DNA of 64,000 bases from Leptospiraceae bacterium (GTDB lineage Bacteria > Spirochaetota > Leptospiria > Leptospirales > Leptonemataceae): contig JAVJNR010000008.1 of NCBI GenBank assembly GCA_040217195.1, positions 288,001 to 352,000 of the forward strand, written 5' to 3'. Made by a program: the position numbers and the translations under genes. The notes beneath the pieces are model-generated. The model saw nothing but the letters and a program-made list of their open reading frames with translations, did no database searches and had not been told where the DNA came from. This document shows positions 10,590 to 19,859 of the stretch, piece after piece; positions within the stretch are counted from its first letter, which is position 1; every line of letters begins with the position of its first letter.

Positions 10590-10605
10590 AGCAAAAAAAA
10601 TGCCA
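10590..10605 (-). promoter_or_regulatory. putative sigma-54 (-24/-12) promoter of FcpB-like gene
   Basis: Minus strand TGGCATTTTTTTTGCT has exact GG-N10-GC spacing, about 70 bp upstream of the start codon. Confidence 0.45.
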
Positions 10606-10616
10606 CAGGGACAAAA

Positions 10617-10982
10617 TTATGGGGCCGGATTAGCAGGCGCTGGTTGCTGAGCTGCGGGGGCTTCCGCGCCCGGATCCGCTACAGGAACCTGATCTAGATT
10701 GTCGGTCTGTTCCGTAGGCGCTCCTTCATCTGTGGGTGCCACAGGCGGGCTGTCTGCAAATGCAATGGCTGCCACGATGGCCAGAACGAAAAAAGCGATG
10801 CCTGCATAACCGGTTGCCTTTTCTACCACGTCTACAGTGGAGGAACCGAAGGCGCTCTGTGAGCCACCGCCGCCCATAATTCCCATGCTTCCACCCTTGC
10901 CGGACTGAATCAGCACCAGAAATATTAGCACCGCACAAACCAGAAAGAAGAGGATTACAACAACTGATTGTAGAATTTCCAT
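10617..10982 (-). CDS. secG: preprotein translocase subunit SecG
   Basis: Two TMs with LVLIQSGKGGSMG..GGSQSAFGS loop; AGGAG RBS. Confidence 0.95.
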   Translation of the reverse strand: MEILQSVVVILFFLVCAVLIFLVLIQSGKGGSMGIMGGGGSQSAFGSSTVDVVEKATGYAGIAFFVLAIVAAIAFADSPPVAPTDEGAPTEQTDNLDQVPVADPGAEAPAAQQPAPANPAP

Positions 10983-11013
10983 GATTTTCTCCTAAATTAT
11001 TCTATGATTTCGA

Positions 11014-12165
11014 TTAGCTGCCCAGAGCTCGAATACCCGGCAGACCACCTTTTAGAATGAATTCCCGTAGAGTCTTTCCATCGGGAATCAGAAAACGAAA
11101 ATCCTTTCCGCTACTGAGAGCCTGAGTGCAGGTGTCCTCTCCAGCCAGAATAAGACTTCCTTTGAATTTGGACAATGATTTGATCATTGCATTTGTGCCC
11201 TGGGCAAACTTGTCGATTTCCACAACACCCAGGGGACCGTACCATAGTATGGAAGACATTCCTTTCATCAGCCTCTCGTAGTTGCTCAGAGTTCTGGAAC
11301 CTATATCCACAGACATAAATCCGTCGGTTACGGAATGCTGAGAAAGGGATTTCACCTTGGCTTTTCTAGAAACCTGATCTGCGATTATATGATCCACAGG
11401 AATCAAAGCTTCAATTTCTTCTAGATCTGCCTTCTGCAATACCTGGAAAGAATCCACTTCCATACCATTATCGACAATGGATTCTGCCACCTGGATGGCC
11501 CTGGCTTTTAGCATGGTATTGGCAATTACGCCCCCGGCAGCAAATGCATCCAGAACTGGCATGAGCTTCTTGAAAAGCTCGGTCTTCCCGGCCACATCCA
11601 GGCCACCCAGAATGAGTCCAGATGGTCTTTGCTTTCCGCTAACGAATGAACTCAAAGCATCCCATTTTTGATATAGAGTGGGGCCGGCATAGTTTTCCAG
11701 CATTCCGGCAAGATGCTTCAAAGTTGCATATTCCAATCTACTGGCCACGAATGCATTGTTTACATAGGCATCGCACTGGGAGGCGATGGATTGTGCGAAG
11801 GATTTATCTCCCTTAACCTCTGCTTCCTGCAAAGCCAGGTTTTCCATCAATGCAACTTTGCTATTGTTAGAAAGACTTGCCAGATCCGCGACTGGCTGAG
11901 GCAGGAAATCCACTTTCATACCATCCAGTTTCTTCGATAGCTGTTCAGCCAGCCCCTGCAAAGTTGGAAGACTACCTCGGCCCTCTGGATTTCCGGTGTG
12001 ACCGGCCAGAACAACACTGGCGCCCCGGTCCAGAAGCATCTCGGTGGCCGAGCTAACCTCGGAAAGATAATAATCGCAGAAGGGGGATTCTGTATCCGCC
12101 AGATCTACACGCATGAGGATTCTTTGACCCTTAACCTGGGCCGTATCAATACGTGGCAAGGACAT
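11014..12165 (-). CDS. phosphoglycerate-kinase-like protein with degenerate active-site motifs
   Basis: Full PGK fold pattern (GQRILMRVD, MEN, YVNNAF, IPVD, VDIGSRT, WYGPLGVVE, LPGIRAL) with substrate residues altered; probable start MSLPRID at 12165. Confidence 0.8.
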   Translation of the reverse strand: MSLPRIDTAQVKGQRILMRVDLADTESPFCDYYLSEVSSATEMLLDRGASVVLAGHTGNPEGRGSLPTLQGLAEQLSKKLDGMKVDFLPQPVADLASLSNNSKVALMENLALQEAEVKGDKSFAQSIASQCDAYVNNAFVASRLEYATLKHLAGMLENYAGPTLYQKWDALSSFVSGKQRPSGLILGGLDVAGKTELFKKLMPVLDAFAAGGVIANTMLKARAIQVAESIVDNGMEVDSFQVLQKADLEEIEALIPVDHIIADQVSRKAKVKSLSQHSVTDGFMSVDIGSRTLSNYERLMKGMSSILWYGPLGVVEIDKFAQGTNAMIKSLSKFKGSLILAGEDTCTQALSSGKDFRFLIPDGKTLREFILKGGLPGIRALGS

Positions 12166-12358
12166 GATAGCAGGCATTTTTGACAGGCCCTGCGCGGAGC
12201 ATAGTGTTTTTCCTTTGCCTGATGCACGACTTCCACAACAGCATAAGCTCGGACCCGGCACTGGAAAGGAAGGTAATTGACGGCAGTAGAAGAGAGCAGA
12301 ATCCCGAAAAAGGAAGAACGGTTGCCTGTAAATCGCTTCGCGCTTACCTGGATACAGA

Positions 12359-13357
12359 ATGAAAAAGGGGCTACTGATTATTAATCTGGGAAGTCCGGAC
12401 TCCACCAGAGTGTCCGATGTACGATCCTACCTCAGGGAGTTTCTATCTGATCCGGACGTAATCGACCTGCCTGCCCTGGGAAGAAATCTGCTACTCTACG
12501 GAGTGATTCTTCCTTTTCGTCCTGCCAGAAGTGCCCATGCCTATCGCTCGATCTGGACGGAAAATGGTTCTCCGCTAATCTATCACACATCCATGCTACA
12601 AAAGTCCCTGGAATCCAGGCTGGATTTCCCGGTGAAGATGGCTATGAGATATGGAAATCCCTCTATTAAAAAAGCGCTGATAGAATTTCGTGCCCAGGGA
12701 GTGGAGAGAATCCATGCCATCGCACTCTATCCTCAGTATTCTACAGCTTCTATGGGCTCCAGTTATAAAGAGCTCATGCGGCAGAATGCAAGCCTTCAGG
12801 ACCCCCTGTACATTTCTACCGAGCCTGCCTTTTTTGATGATTCACTGTTTCTGGATGCCTGGGCAGAAATGATTCGTCCAGGATGCGATACAGATTCCCA
12901 TGTAATCTTTTCCTTTCACGGTATCCCGGAACGACAGGTATTGAAGTCCAGTTATGATGGGAGCTGCGAACTGGGGCAGTGCTGTGATCGCCAGACTCCA
13001 TCCTTTTGCTACCGGGCTCAGTGCCTGTCCACGGCAACGAGTCTGGCCAGAAGGCTGAATTTGAAAGAAGGCTCCTGGGAAATGACCTTTCAATCCAGAC
13101 TGGGCCGAACTCCCTGGTTAACTCCGTATACAGATCTGCGCCTGGAAGAGTTACCTTCGGAGGGCAAAAAGAAGATTGTGATGGTTTCGCCTTCCTTTGT
13201 ATCGGATTGCCTGGAAACTCTGGAGGAACTGAATATCCGTGGCAGGCAGGATTTTATGGCAGCTGGCGGAGAAGAGTTTCAATTCATACCATCCCTGAAT
13301 GAAAATGAGACCTGGATCCGGGCAGTGGCTCGCATGGCTCAAAAAGCACTGAACTGA
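12359..13357 (+). CDS. hemH: ferrochelatase
   Basis: GLLIINLGSPD, AMRYGNP, LYPQYS, FSFHGIP, FQSRLG..WL.PYT, FVSDCLETLEE. Confidence 0.96.
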   Translation: MKKGLLIINLGSPDSTRVSDVRSYLREFLSDPDVIDLPALGRNLLLYGVILPFRPARSAHAYRSIWTENGSPLIYHTSMLQKSLESRLDFPVKMAMRYGNPSIKKALIEFRAQGVERIHAIALYPQYSTASMGSSYKELMRQNASLQDPLYISTEPAFFDDSLFLDAWAEMIRPGCDTDSHVIFSFHGIPERQVLKSSYDGSCELGQCCDRQTPSFCYRAQCLSTATSLARRLNLKEGSWEMTFQSRLGRTPWLTPYTDLRLEELPSEGKKKIVMVSPSFVSDCLETLEELNIRGRQDFMAAGGEEFQFIPSLNENETWIRAVARMAQKALN

Positions 13358-13529
13358 TATTAAATCGGAATACTCAATAGATTACCCGGAGATAGCCCGA
13401 GGCCTGGATACCCGGTTATGGAACTCCAGAGGGGGGATCGTCCTTCCAGAGTAGCTTAGAAGAGCTGAAAAAAGCGTTCAGCCCCTCTAACGGACGTCCG
13501 ACCTTTTAGGTGGAGAACTGGAGCTTTCA

Positions 13530-14552
13530 ATGAATCGATTAATTTCTATTACTGCCACTACTGCACTGAGCGCTTTGATAGGGGTCAATTGCGTGACCAA
13601 CAATATCAATAGCCCTGGCCATGGAACCAGAAGTGGCGAGGATGCCTTTTTTCAGGAGCTCAGCGGCCAGGACGATGCCTTTGAAAGCCGTCCCGCCGGA
13701 GACCAGAAAACCCATGATGCGAATTGCAATTGTGATCCAAAGTCATCCCCTCCTGGTTATGCTCATACAGACACGGACCGGAGCAATGATGCTTCGGATC
13801 GGCCATCGAATCGAAAAACTCAGATAGATGAAAATGTGGCCACAGATATGGATCCGGATCATACAAATCCGGAGAATAATCGCCCGGAGCCCACAGAAGT
13901 AAATCTGCAAAACTTCGAATTAACAGGTACGGCTTCCTGGTATGGCCGGGATTTTGATGGCAAGCCTACGGCCAGCGGTGAGATGTTCGATTCTCGCAAA
14001 CTCACGGGAGCTCATAAAGAATTACCTCTGGGCACTATGGTCATGGTCAAAAACCTGGAAAATGATAAAGAAGTAATGCTAAAAATAAACGATCGTGGCC
14101 CATTCGTAGAAGGTAGGATCCTGGATGTAAGCGAATACGCAGCAGAAGTTCTGGGATTTAAAGAACAGGGGCTGACTACTGTAGGCATTCGAATCATCCG
14201 CACCGGAGACAAGAAGAAAGCCAATGATGGTGCCACCGCAGATTTCTTTAAGGAAGGCCATAAGAGTCAGCCTCTACCCTCAGAGCGAAACCTGAATGAT
14301 CGTGATGTGATTGAAGAGAGGTCTTTTAAGGACTATTCGGTTCAGGTTGGAATGTTTTCTACTCTGGAAAATGCGAATCGGATGAAAACATTTCTCCAGA
14401 AGTTCAATCAGCCTGTTTTCATACTAAAGCGTTCCAACGGAGAGTATGTCGTTAGAGTGGGGCAATTCAACGAACGATATCCTGCAGAACAGTTGAAGTT
14501 GAAGCTTAGCTCGGAAGGCTACAGCGGATTTGTGAGCGAACCAGTTTACTAA
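13530..14552 (+). CDS. rlpA: RlpA-family septal ring lytic transglycosylase lipoprotein with SPOR domain
   Basis: Lipobox-like GVNC; ASWYG..TASGE..AHKELPLG..INDRGPF..RILDVS; C-terminal SPOR YSVQVGMFS. Confidence 0.92.
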   Translation: MNRLISITATTALSALIGVNCVTNNINSPGHGTRSGEDAFFQELSGQDDAFESRPAGDQKTHDANCNCDPKSSPPGYAHTDTDRSNDASDRPSNRKTQIDENVATDMDPDHTNPENNRPEPTEVNLQNFELTGTASWYGRDFDGKPTASGEMFDSRKLTGAHKELPLGTMVMVKNLENDKEVMLKINDRGPFVEGRILDVSEYAAEVLGFKEQGLTTVGIRIIRTGDKKKANDGATADFFKEGHKSQPLPSERNLNDRDVIEERSFKDYSVQVGMFSTLENANRMKTFLQKFNQPVFILKRSNGEYVVRVGQFNERYPAEQLKLKLSSEGYSGFVSEPVY

Positions 14553-14593
14553 ATATCAGTCCCTTGGTTAAACAGCACTCGGTGTTTCAAATA

Positions 14594-14625
14594 GAAGGCC
14601 TCGCATATGAGGCCTTTCTTATTTT
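14594..14625. terminator. probable bidirectional terminator between convergent rlpA and gpmI
   Basis: AAGGCCTC-GCATAT-GAGGCCTT hairpin with T-rich flank. Confidence 0.6.
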
Positions 14626-14698
14626 AGAGCCAGTGTGTCGTAGAAAAAACGGAGGCCGAGTTCTACATTCTCCTGCGGCAATTAGATCCAGCAACCTC

Positions 14699-16396
14699 CT
14701 ACTTTGGTTTAACCAGAGATGGTCGGTAGTTTGCCGGTGGTTCGTAGCCAAGCAATGTCAGAACTGTAGAGGCAATATTCGATAGGCCTCCATCGTCCAG
14801 ACCGCTGGATGTGAATTGATCCACTCCTTTTCCAGTTATTACAAAGGGAACTGGATTCAAGGTATGACTTGTTTTTGCAGAAAATGAGCCATCGCTTTTC
14901 TTCTTTGGCTCTCCGGTTTTCTTATCTGTCTCTATCATCTCCTCACAGTTTCCATGGTCAGCTGTGACGATTAGGGCAGCCCCGGTTTGCTCACAGGCCT
15001 CTATCAGAGACTTCAGCGATGCATCCACGGATTCGATGGATTCTATGGCTGCTTGGAGAACCCCTGTATGGCCGACCATATCGCCGTTTGCATAGTTGAC
15101 CCTCAGAAAAGAGTATTCGCCGGACTTAAGGGCTTTGATCAAAGCTTCGGTAATTTCCGGTGCCTTCATGGCCGGCTTCTGTTCAAAAGGAATTACATCG
15201 GATGGAATTTCTTCCCAGACTTCCAGCGAGTCATCGAATTTCTGAGAATTGTTTCCGTTCCAGAAGTATGTAACGTGACCAAATTTCTGGGTTTCGCTAA
15301 GAGCATACGTTTTTAAACCAGTTTTTACCATATACTCGGACAATGTCTCGTCGATTTCGGGAGGAGGCACCAGGTACAGAGAGGGGATCTTTAAATCTCC
15401 ATCGTATTCCATCATTCCGGCGAAATGGACTTTGACCTCGGGCTCCCTTTTAAATTCAGAGAAGTTCTCCTCGGAAAGAGCTCGACTCATTTCCATGGCC
15501 CTGTCTCCCCGAAAGTTAAAGAATATAACTGCATCTCCATTCTGGATCCGGCCAACCGGCTGGCCATTCTCGGTAATTACGAATGGCGGTAGATCCTGGT
15601 CGATGATTCCGGGCTTTTCGGACCTGGCTTTTTCAATGGCTTCTGTGGCATTGGAAAAACCAGGTGCATCGCCAGCCACATGGGTTTTCCATCCTTTCTC
15701 TACCATGGGCCAGTTCGCATCATAGCGATCCATGGTAATGTTCATTCGTCCTCCGCCGGAGGCTATGCGGTAGTTCTTCCCGCCTGGATCCAGTTCCTTC
15801 AGAGTGCTCTCCAGCTGATCCACATAAGTCAGAGCACTAACTTCATTTACATCCCTTCCATCCAGAAGGATGTGTACCCTTACCTGTTCAACACCGGACT
15901 CATGGCATTTGCGCAGCATTGCCAGAAGATGATCAATATGACTGTGAACATTTCCATCGGACAGAAGACCCATGAAGTGCACAACGGGCAGGGAGCCGTC
16001 CGATTTTGGAGTGAGAGCAGTTCCCGGGTTTTCCCTGGTTCCGATGAAACTCATCCATCGTTCATCCGTGAAGATGGCGCCTGATTGAACAGCCTTACCC
16101 ACCAGCTTGGCACCCTGATCGAAAATCCGCCCGGCCCCGATGGCATTGTGACCTACCTCTGAATTGCCCATATCATCATCGCCGGGCATACCAACGGCCT
16201 TGCCATGGGCCTGTATCTGGAGGCTTATCGGTGCGCTTTCAATTAAACCTTTGATCGTAGGTGCATTTGCCAGATCCAGGGCATTGCCGGGATAACCTTG
16301 CTGCTTTCCTTTAAAAAGGCCAACTCCATCCATGATCACCAGAACCAGGGGACCAGCAATACCATTGTTGTTGGATTTAAGAGCAGAGACAGTCAT
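14699..16396 (-). CDS. gpmI: 2,3-bisphosphoglycerate-independent phosphoglycerate mutase
   Basis: IMDGVG, MGNSEVGH, SDGNVHSH, DGRD, FNFRGDR, ETQKFGHVT, DMVGHTG, TADHGN. Confidence 0.96.
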   Translation of the reverse strand: MTVSALKSNNNGIAGPLVLVIMDGVGLFKGKQQGYPGNALDLANAPTIKGLIESAPISLQIQAHGKAVGMPGDDDMGNSEVGHNAIGAGRIFDQGAKLVGKAVQSGAIFTDERWMSFIGTRENPGTALTPKSDGSLPVVHFMGLLSDGNVHSHIDHLLAMLRKCHESGVEQVRVHILLDGRDVNEVSALTYVDQLESTLKELDPGGKNYRIASGGGRMNITMDRYDANWPMVEKGWKTHVAGDAPGFSNATEAIEKARSEKPGIIDQDLPPFVITENGQPVGRIQNGDAVIFFNFRGDRAMEMSRALSEENFSEFKREPEVKVHFAGMMEYDGDLKIPSLYLVPPPEIDETLSEYMVKTGLKTYALSETQKFGHVTYFWNGNNSQKFDDSLEVWEEIPSDVIPFEQKPAMKAPEITEALIKALKSGEYSFLRVNYANGDMVGHTGVLQAAIESIESVDASLKSLIEACEQTGAALIVTADHGNCEEMIETDKKTGEPKKKSDGSFSAKTSHTLNPVPFVITGKGVDQFTSSGLDDGGLSNIASTVLTLLGYEPPANYRPSLVKPK

Positions 16397-16424
16397 ACCT
16401 CTGGAATCTGCTCACAGGGTCTGG

Positions 16425-17519
16425 TTACAAGTGCTTTTTGGAGGTTTCCTGCGGTCCGGCTATGTGCTGCAACTGTCGGGTTTTTCTTTCTACACGAACG
16501 GAAAGATATCCCAGTAGCTCTGTTCGATTCATTCCCTGATCCAGTAAGAAACTCACAGGTAGAAACGCTCCAGGGGCTCGGATGTACCGTAGCACCCGAC
16601 GAAGGCCTATGTTTGCGCCTTCTTTTGCAGCCCGGCCCAGGAGCCGATTGCCCAGTTGCTTCCAGTTCAAATCTTGCTGTCCATCCATTTCAGTAAGAAT
16701 CACCCCAATCAAGGGAAAACCGGGAACCAGCGATGAAAGGACGCGCATCCATGTACTGTTCATCATTTTGCTAATTGGGGCGCTTTCTGGAGGCTCTTCG
16801 AATCTAGCGATCATTTCCTTCAGCCGATTCCTTAGCGCTTCTTCAGTAATACCAGCATCCAGTAACTCTTTTCCGCGATCATAGTATGCCAGAACCTGTT
16901 CGCGCAGGTCTAGATTGGCACTGCCATCTTCGTTTAGGATCACCGGACCTTCACCAGACTTGCTTTTCCTGGGCATCTGGCACTTTTGCCTGGGTTCAAG
17001 ATAGAGAGGGCCCAGTCGCCTGGAACGCTGGAGTATTTCGGTGAATTCCCGGGAATAGATTTCTGCTCGTCTGTGGGAATCCTTTTGCTCGAAGGAAACC
17101 AGGACTGCCTCGGTTAGTGGTCTGTATCGACTGACCAGAGCTTCATCGTATAGACGATTCAGTCCGGGAAGTAGTCTTTTATAGTTCTTTCTCCAGAAGC
17201 GATTTCGAATACCGAATCGCCTTTTTAGTTCATGGAAGGCACCGGAATCATGAAAGTAATCCCTGGGATCTTCCGAGCTGCCAGTGTCTGGCTGAAGAGC
17301 TGGATCCCGTTCTGGACGTACTTTCGAAAATGGAACCTGTGCAGTCTGCCCTTTTTGCCCTGGACTTTTTTTTGCGGTCAGGGATTTCAATTCTTGATCC
17401 GGAGTATCCTCGATTTCGCGAATTATCCTATCTTCTAGCTTCTGCGTTTCTTCCAGGTTATGCCAGAAGGAATCTTCAGCTTTGCCCTTGCCTGGCTGAT
17501 CTGTTTCTTTATCCTTCAT
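16425..17519 (-). CDS. hypothetical protein
   Basis: 364-aa ORF with AGGAG RBS, same strand as neighbours; no recognised motif. Confidence 0.6.
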   Translation of the reverse strand: MKDKETDQPGKGKAEDSFWHNLEETQKLEDRIIREIEDTPDQELKSLTAKKSPGQKGQTAQVPFSKVRPERDPALQPDTGSSEDPRDYFHDSGAFHELKRRFGIRNRFWRKNYKRLLPGLNRLYDEALVSRYRPLTEAVLVSFEQKDSHRRAEIYSREFTEILQRSRRLGPLYLEPRQKCQMPRKSKSGEGPVILNEDGSANLDLREQVLAYYDRGKELLDAGITEEALRNRLKEMIARFEEPPESAPISKMMNSTWMRVLSSLVPGFPLIGVILTEMDGQQDLNWKQLGNRLLGRAAKEGANIGLRRVLRYIRAPGAFLPVSFLLDQGMNRTELLGYLSVRVERKTRQLQHIAGPQETSKKHL

Positions 17520-17614
17520 GTAATCTCCTGAGTTTGAACAGTGACCAATTTGCAGCGCCTGGTTGGCCAGCCAATCGCATCAAGCAGTTGTATCTGGGCC
17601 AGAATCCAGGTCAG

Positions 17615-18058
17615 CTATTGAAACAATGCGGCGAAGAGGGCAGCCAGGGATGCAAAGAATGCCAGTATAGAAAGAAAACGGGCCACTCGGGCGTCTGTGC
17701 GAATCCTTTCCTGGCCTTCCACAGTGAAGAAATCCGGATCTTTCTGGCGCATCTCTTTTAATCGACTGATCAAATCCGCGCTCAAACGCGCTTCTTCCAG
17801 ACTGGATTGCCGCTTCTCCAGCCCATCCATTCGATCATTTAGATGCAACAGAATCTCTCCGTACACCTCCGAATATTCCTGTATGCGATCCTCCAGGCTC
17901 TTGCCGGTTAAACTGCCGGCCAGATTTCCCAGACTATCTCCTACAGCTTTTGCTGCTTCTGCAGTAAACGATGCAAATCGATCAAATCCTGAGCCAGAGC
18001 CCGGATCCATCTCATCAGCAAAATCCTTACCCAGTTGCCTGTTTTCTTCCTGGCTCAT
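17615..18058 (-). CDS. hypothetical coiled-coil protein with C-terminal membrane anchor
   Basis: Heptad-like LNDRMDGLEKRQSSLEE; terminal hydrophobic FLSILAFFASLAALFAALFQ. Confidence 0.6.
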   Translation of the reverse strand: MSQEENRQLGKDFADEMDPGSGSGFDRFASFTAEAAKAVGDSLGNLAGSLTGKSLEDRIQEYSEVYGEILLHLNDRMDGLEKRQSSLEEARLSADLISRLKEMRQKDPDFFTVEGQERIRTDARVARFLSILAFFASLAALFAALFQ

Positions 18059-18092
18059 ATTGCGAATCTGATACAGCTTGCCTGAGATTCGA

Positions 18093-19487
18093 TCACTTTT
18101 TCTCTACTTCAGCCAGTTCTCGAAGCACTGTCTTCTCATCGTATCGAATAAAGAAAATCACAGCCAGAATGCAAAGAATCATTCCTGCAATTCCGCTAAA
18201 TCGAATGCCCGTGTCCTGACCGGGATCTACCCCAAAGACAGTAAGTCCTGCAAAAATAAATAGGCCGGCCGTTTGCCCGAACTTTTGCATGAATGTTCGA
18301 GCGCCAAAATACATTCCTTCCTGTTTGATTCCAGTTTTGTAAGCGTCATGTTCTGCAATGTCTGCCAGTACAGCGTTCTGTAAGATTCCCAGAAATGCAT
18401 TGGGCACAGCCGCACTGACGGCAAGAATCAATCCCTGCACGAGAGGAGGCAACGGTAAAGGTCCCAGAAAGAAGATGTAGAGAAAGACAAAGGCATAGAA
18501 GGCAAAGGAGCTCAATACCAGGATCCGCTTTCCAAACAGTCTGGCGAGGATATTGACCAGCGGATATAGAGCAAAAGAAGCGATGGTCATTACAACCATC
18601 AACAGTCCGGCTAATTGTTTACCCTCGGTCGGATCCTCCGGATAGAGCAATACCGTAGCATAATAAAGAACGCCGGTCAGTATGATCGTAAGTGCACAGA
18701 AATAAACGAAATCTGAGAATACGAAAGCAATAAAGTTTTTATTCCGAAAGGAAGTCTTGAGCGCATCCATAACGGGCACCTGAGATGGTTCGCTTTCGCA
18801 GTAGCGTTTTTCATCAATAATAAATACTGGCACAAACATTAGTATTACAGCAATTACGGCCAGGATAGCTGTAGCCATCTGAAAGCCTTCTGCCGTGGAC
18901 AGTCCCATGGATCCCTCCAGAGCGCTACCGATGGCAGGTGTCTGGGCGGCCAGCATCAAACCAAGAGCCCAGGTAATGGAAATCCAGGTACTCAAGTTAA
19001 GTTTCTGAGTGGCATTGTGCCCCAGTTCAGGAAGCAACGCAAAGAACGGAGTTACGTACATCGTAACAAATAGAAAGAACAGAAGCTGAATAATCACAAG
19101 ATAGGTAAAGTTCATCCAGGAGCCTGGCTCAAATACTGGAATAAACATCAGCACACAGAATACAGCAGCCGGTATGGCTCCAATGGCCATAAAGGGAATA
19201 CGGCGTCCCCGGGGATTCTTTGAGCGATCGCTCAGGTTGGCAATCAAGGGGTCGGTTATCGCATCGAACAATCGACCGCTAACAGTAAGCAAGACCACGG
19301 ATGTAATCACCACAAGAATTTCAAACCTGGGAAGGAATTGCTCAATCCCTGCATCTGCTGGCGGACTATAGAAAAATACAAGCTGGACACCAAGTATGTT
19401 TACTATAGTAGACCATCCAAATTGCCCGATGGCATAGGCTATCTGTTTCCATAGTGGTAGATCTTCCACCGGAGCTTTTTGTTGCAT
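18093..19487 (-). CDS. MFS transporter, glycoside-pentoside-hexuronide (MelB-like) family
   Basis: About 12 TMs; DAITDPLIANLSDR..GRRIPF, ALLPEL, EGMYFG..FMQK; probable start MQQKAP at 19487. Confidence 0.9.
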   Translation of the reverse strand: MQQKAPVEDLPLWKQIAYAIGQFGWSTIVNILGVQLVFFYSPPADAGIEQFLPRFEILVVITSVVLLTVSGRLFDAITDPLIANLSDRSKNPRGRRIPFMAIGAIPAAVFCVLMFIPVFEPGSWMNFTYLVIIQLLFFLFVTMYVTPFFALLPELGHNATQKLNLSTWISITWALGLMLAAQTPAIGSALEGSMGLSTAEGFQMATAILAVIAVILMFVPVFIIDEKRYCESEPSQVPVMDALKTSFRNKNFIAFVFSDFVYFCALTIILTGVLYYATVLLYPEDPTEGKQLAGLLMVVMTIASFALYPLVNILARLFGKRILVLSSFAFYAFVFLYIFFLGPLPLPPLVQGLILAVSAAVPNAFLGILQNAVLADIAEHDAYKTGIKQEGMYFGARTFMQKFGQTAGLFIFAGLTVFGVDPGQDTGIRFSGIAGMILCILAVIFFIRYDEKTVLRELAEVEKK

Positions 19488-19859
19488 GAAACGTTTCCTT
19501 CTATGTCGTTTGCAGCCCTGATGGGCCAGAGCGCTACCCTGAATGGATGAAGGCAGCGCTGGCAAGCATTTACCGAATGAGCTATCCCTGAACGAAAAAA
19601 TCCATGCAGTATAGAAACCACTTATCTGTGTTACCTGTATTCCCTTTGTTACAAGGATAAGGTACGTTACAGAAATCTGGAAGCCGGGAAGAAGACCTGA
19701 AAGGATCTTTAGAAAACAGGATACAACGGCGTCCATTATAGTACACTGATTGTGGCAGTGGCCGCCCGCGGTCTGGACATGGAAGAGATTGACTCAAAAG
19801 TCAACGCTCTGACCATGGATGTAGAAGGCCTCGCGCCTGCCCAAAGGAGGATACAGTCC

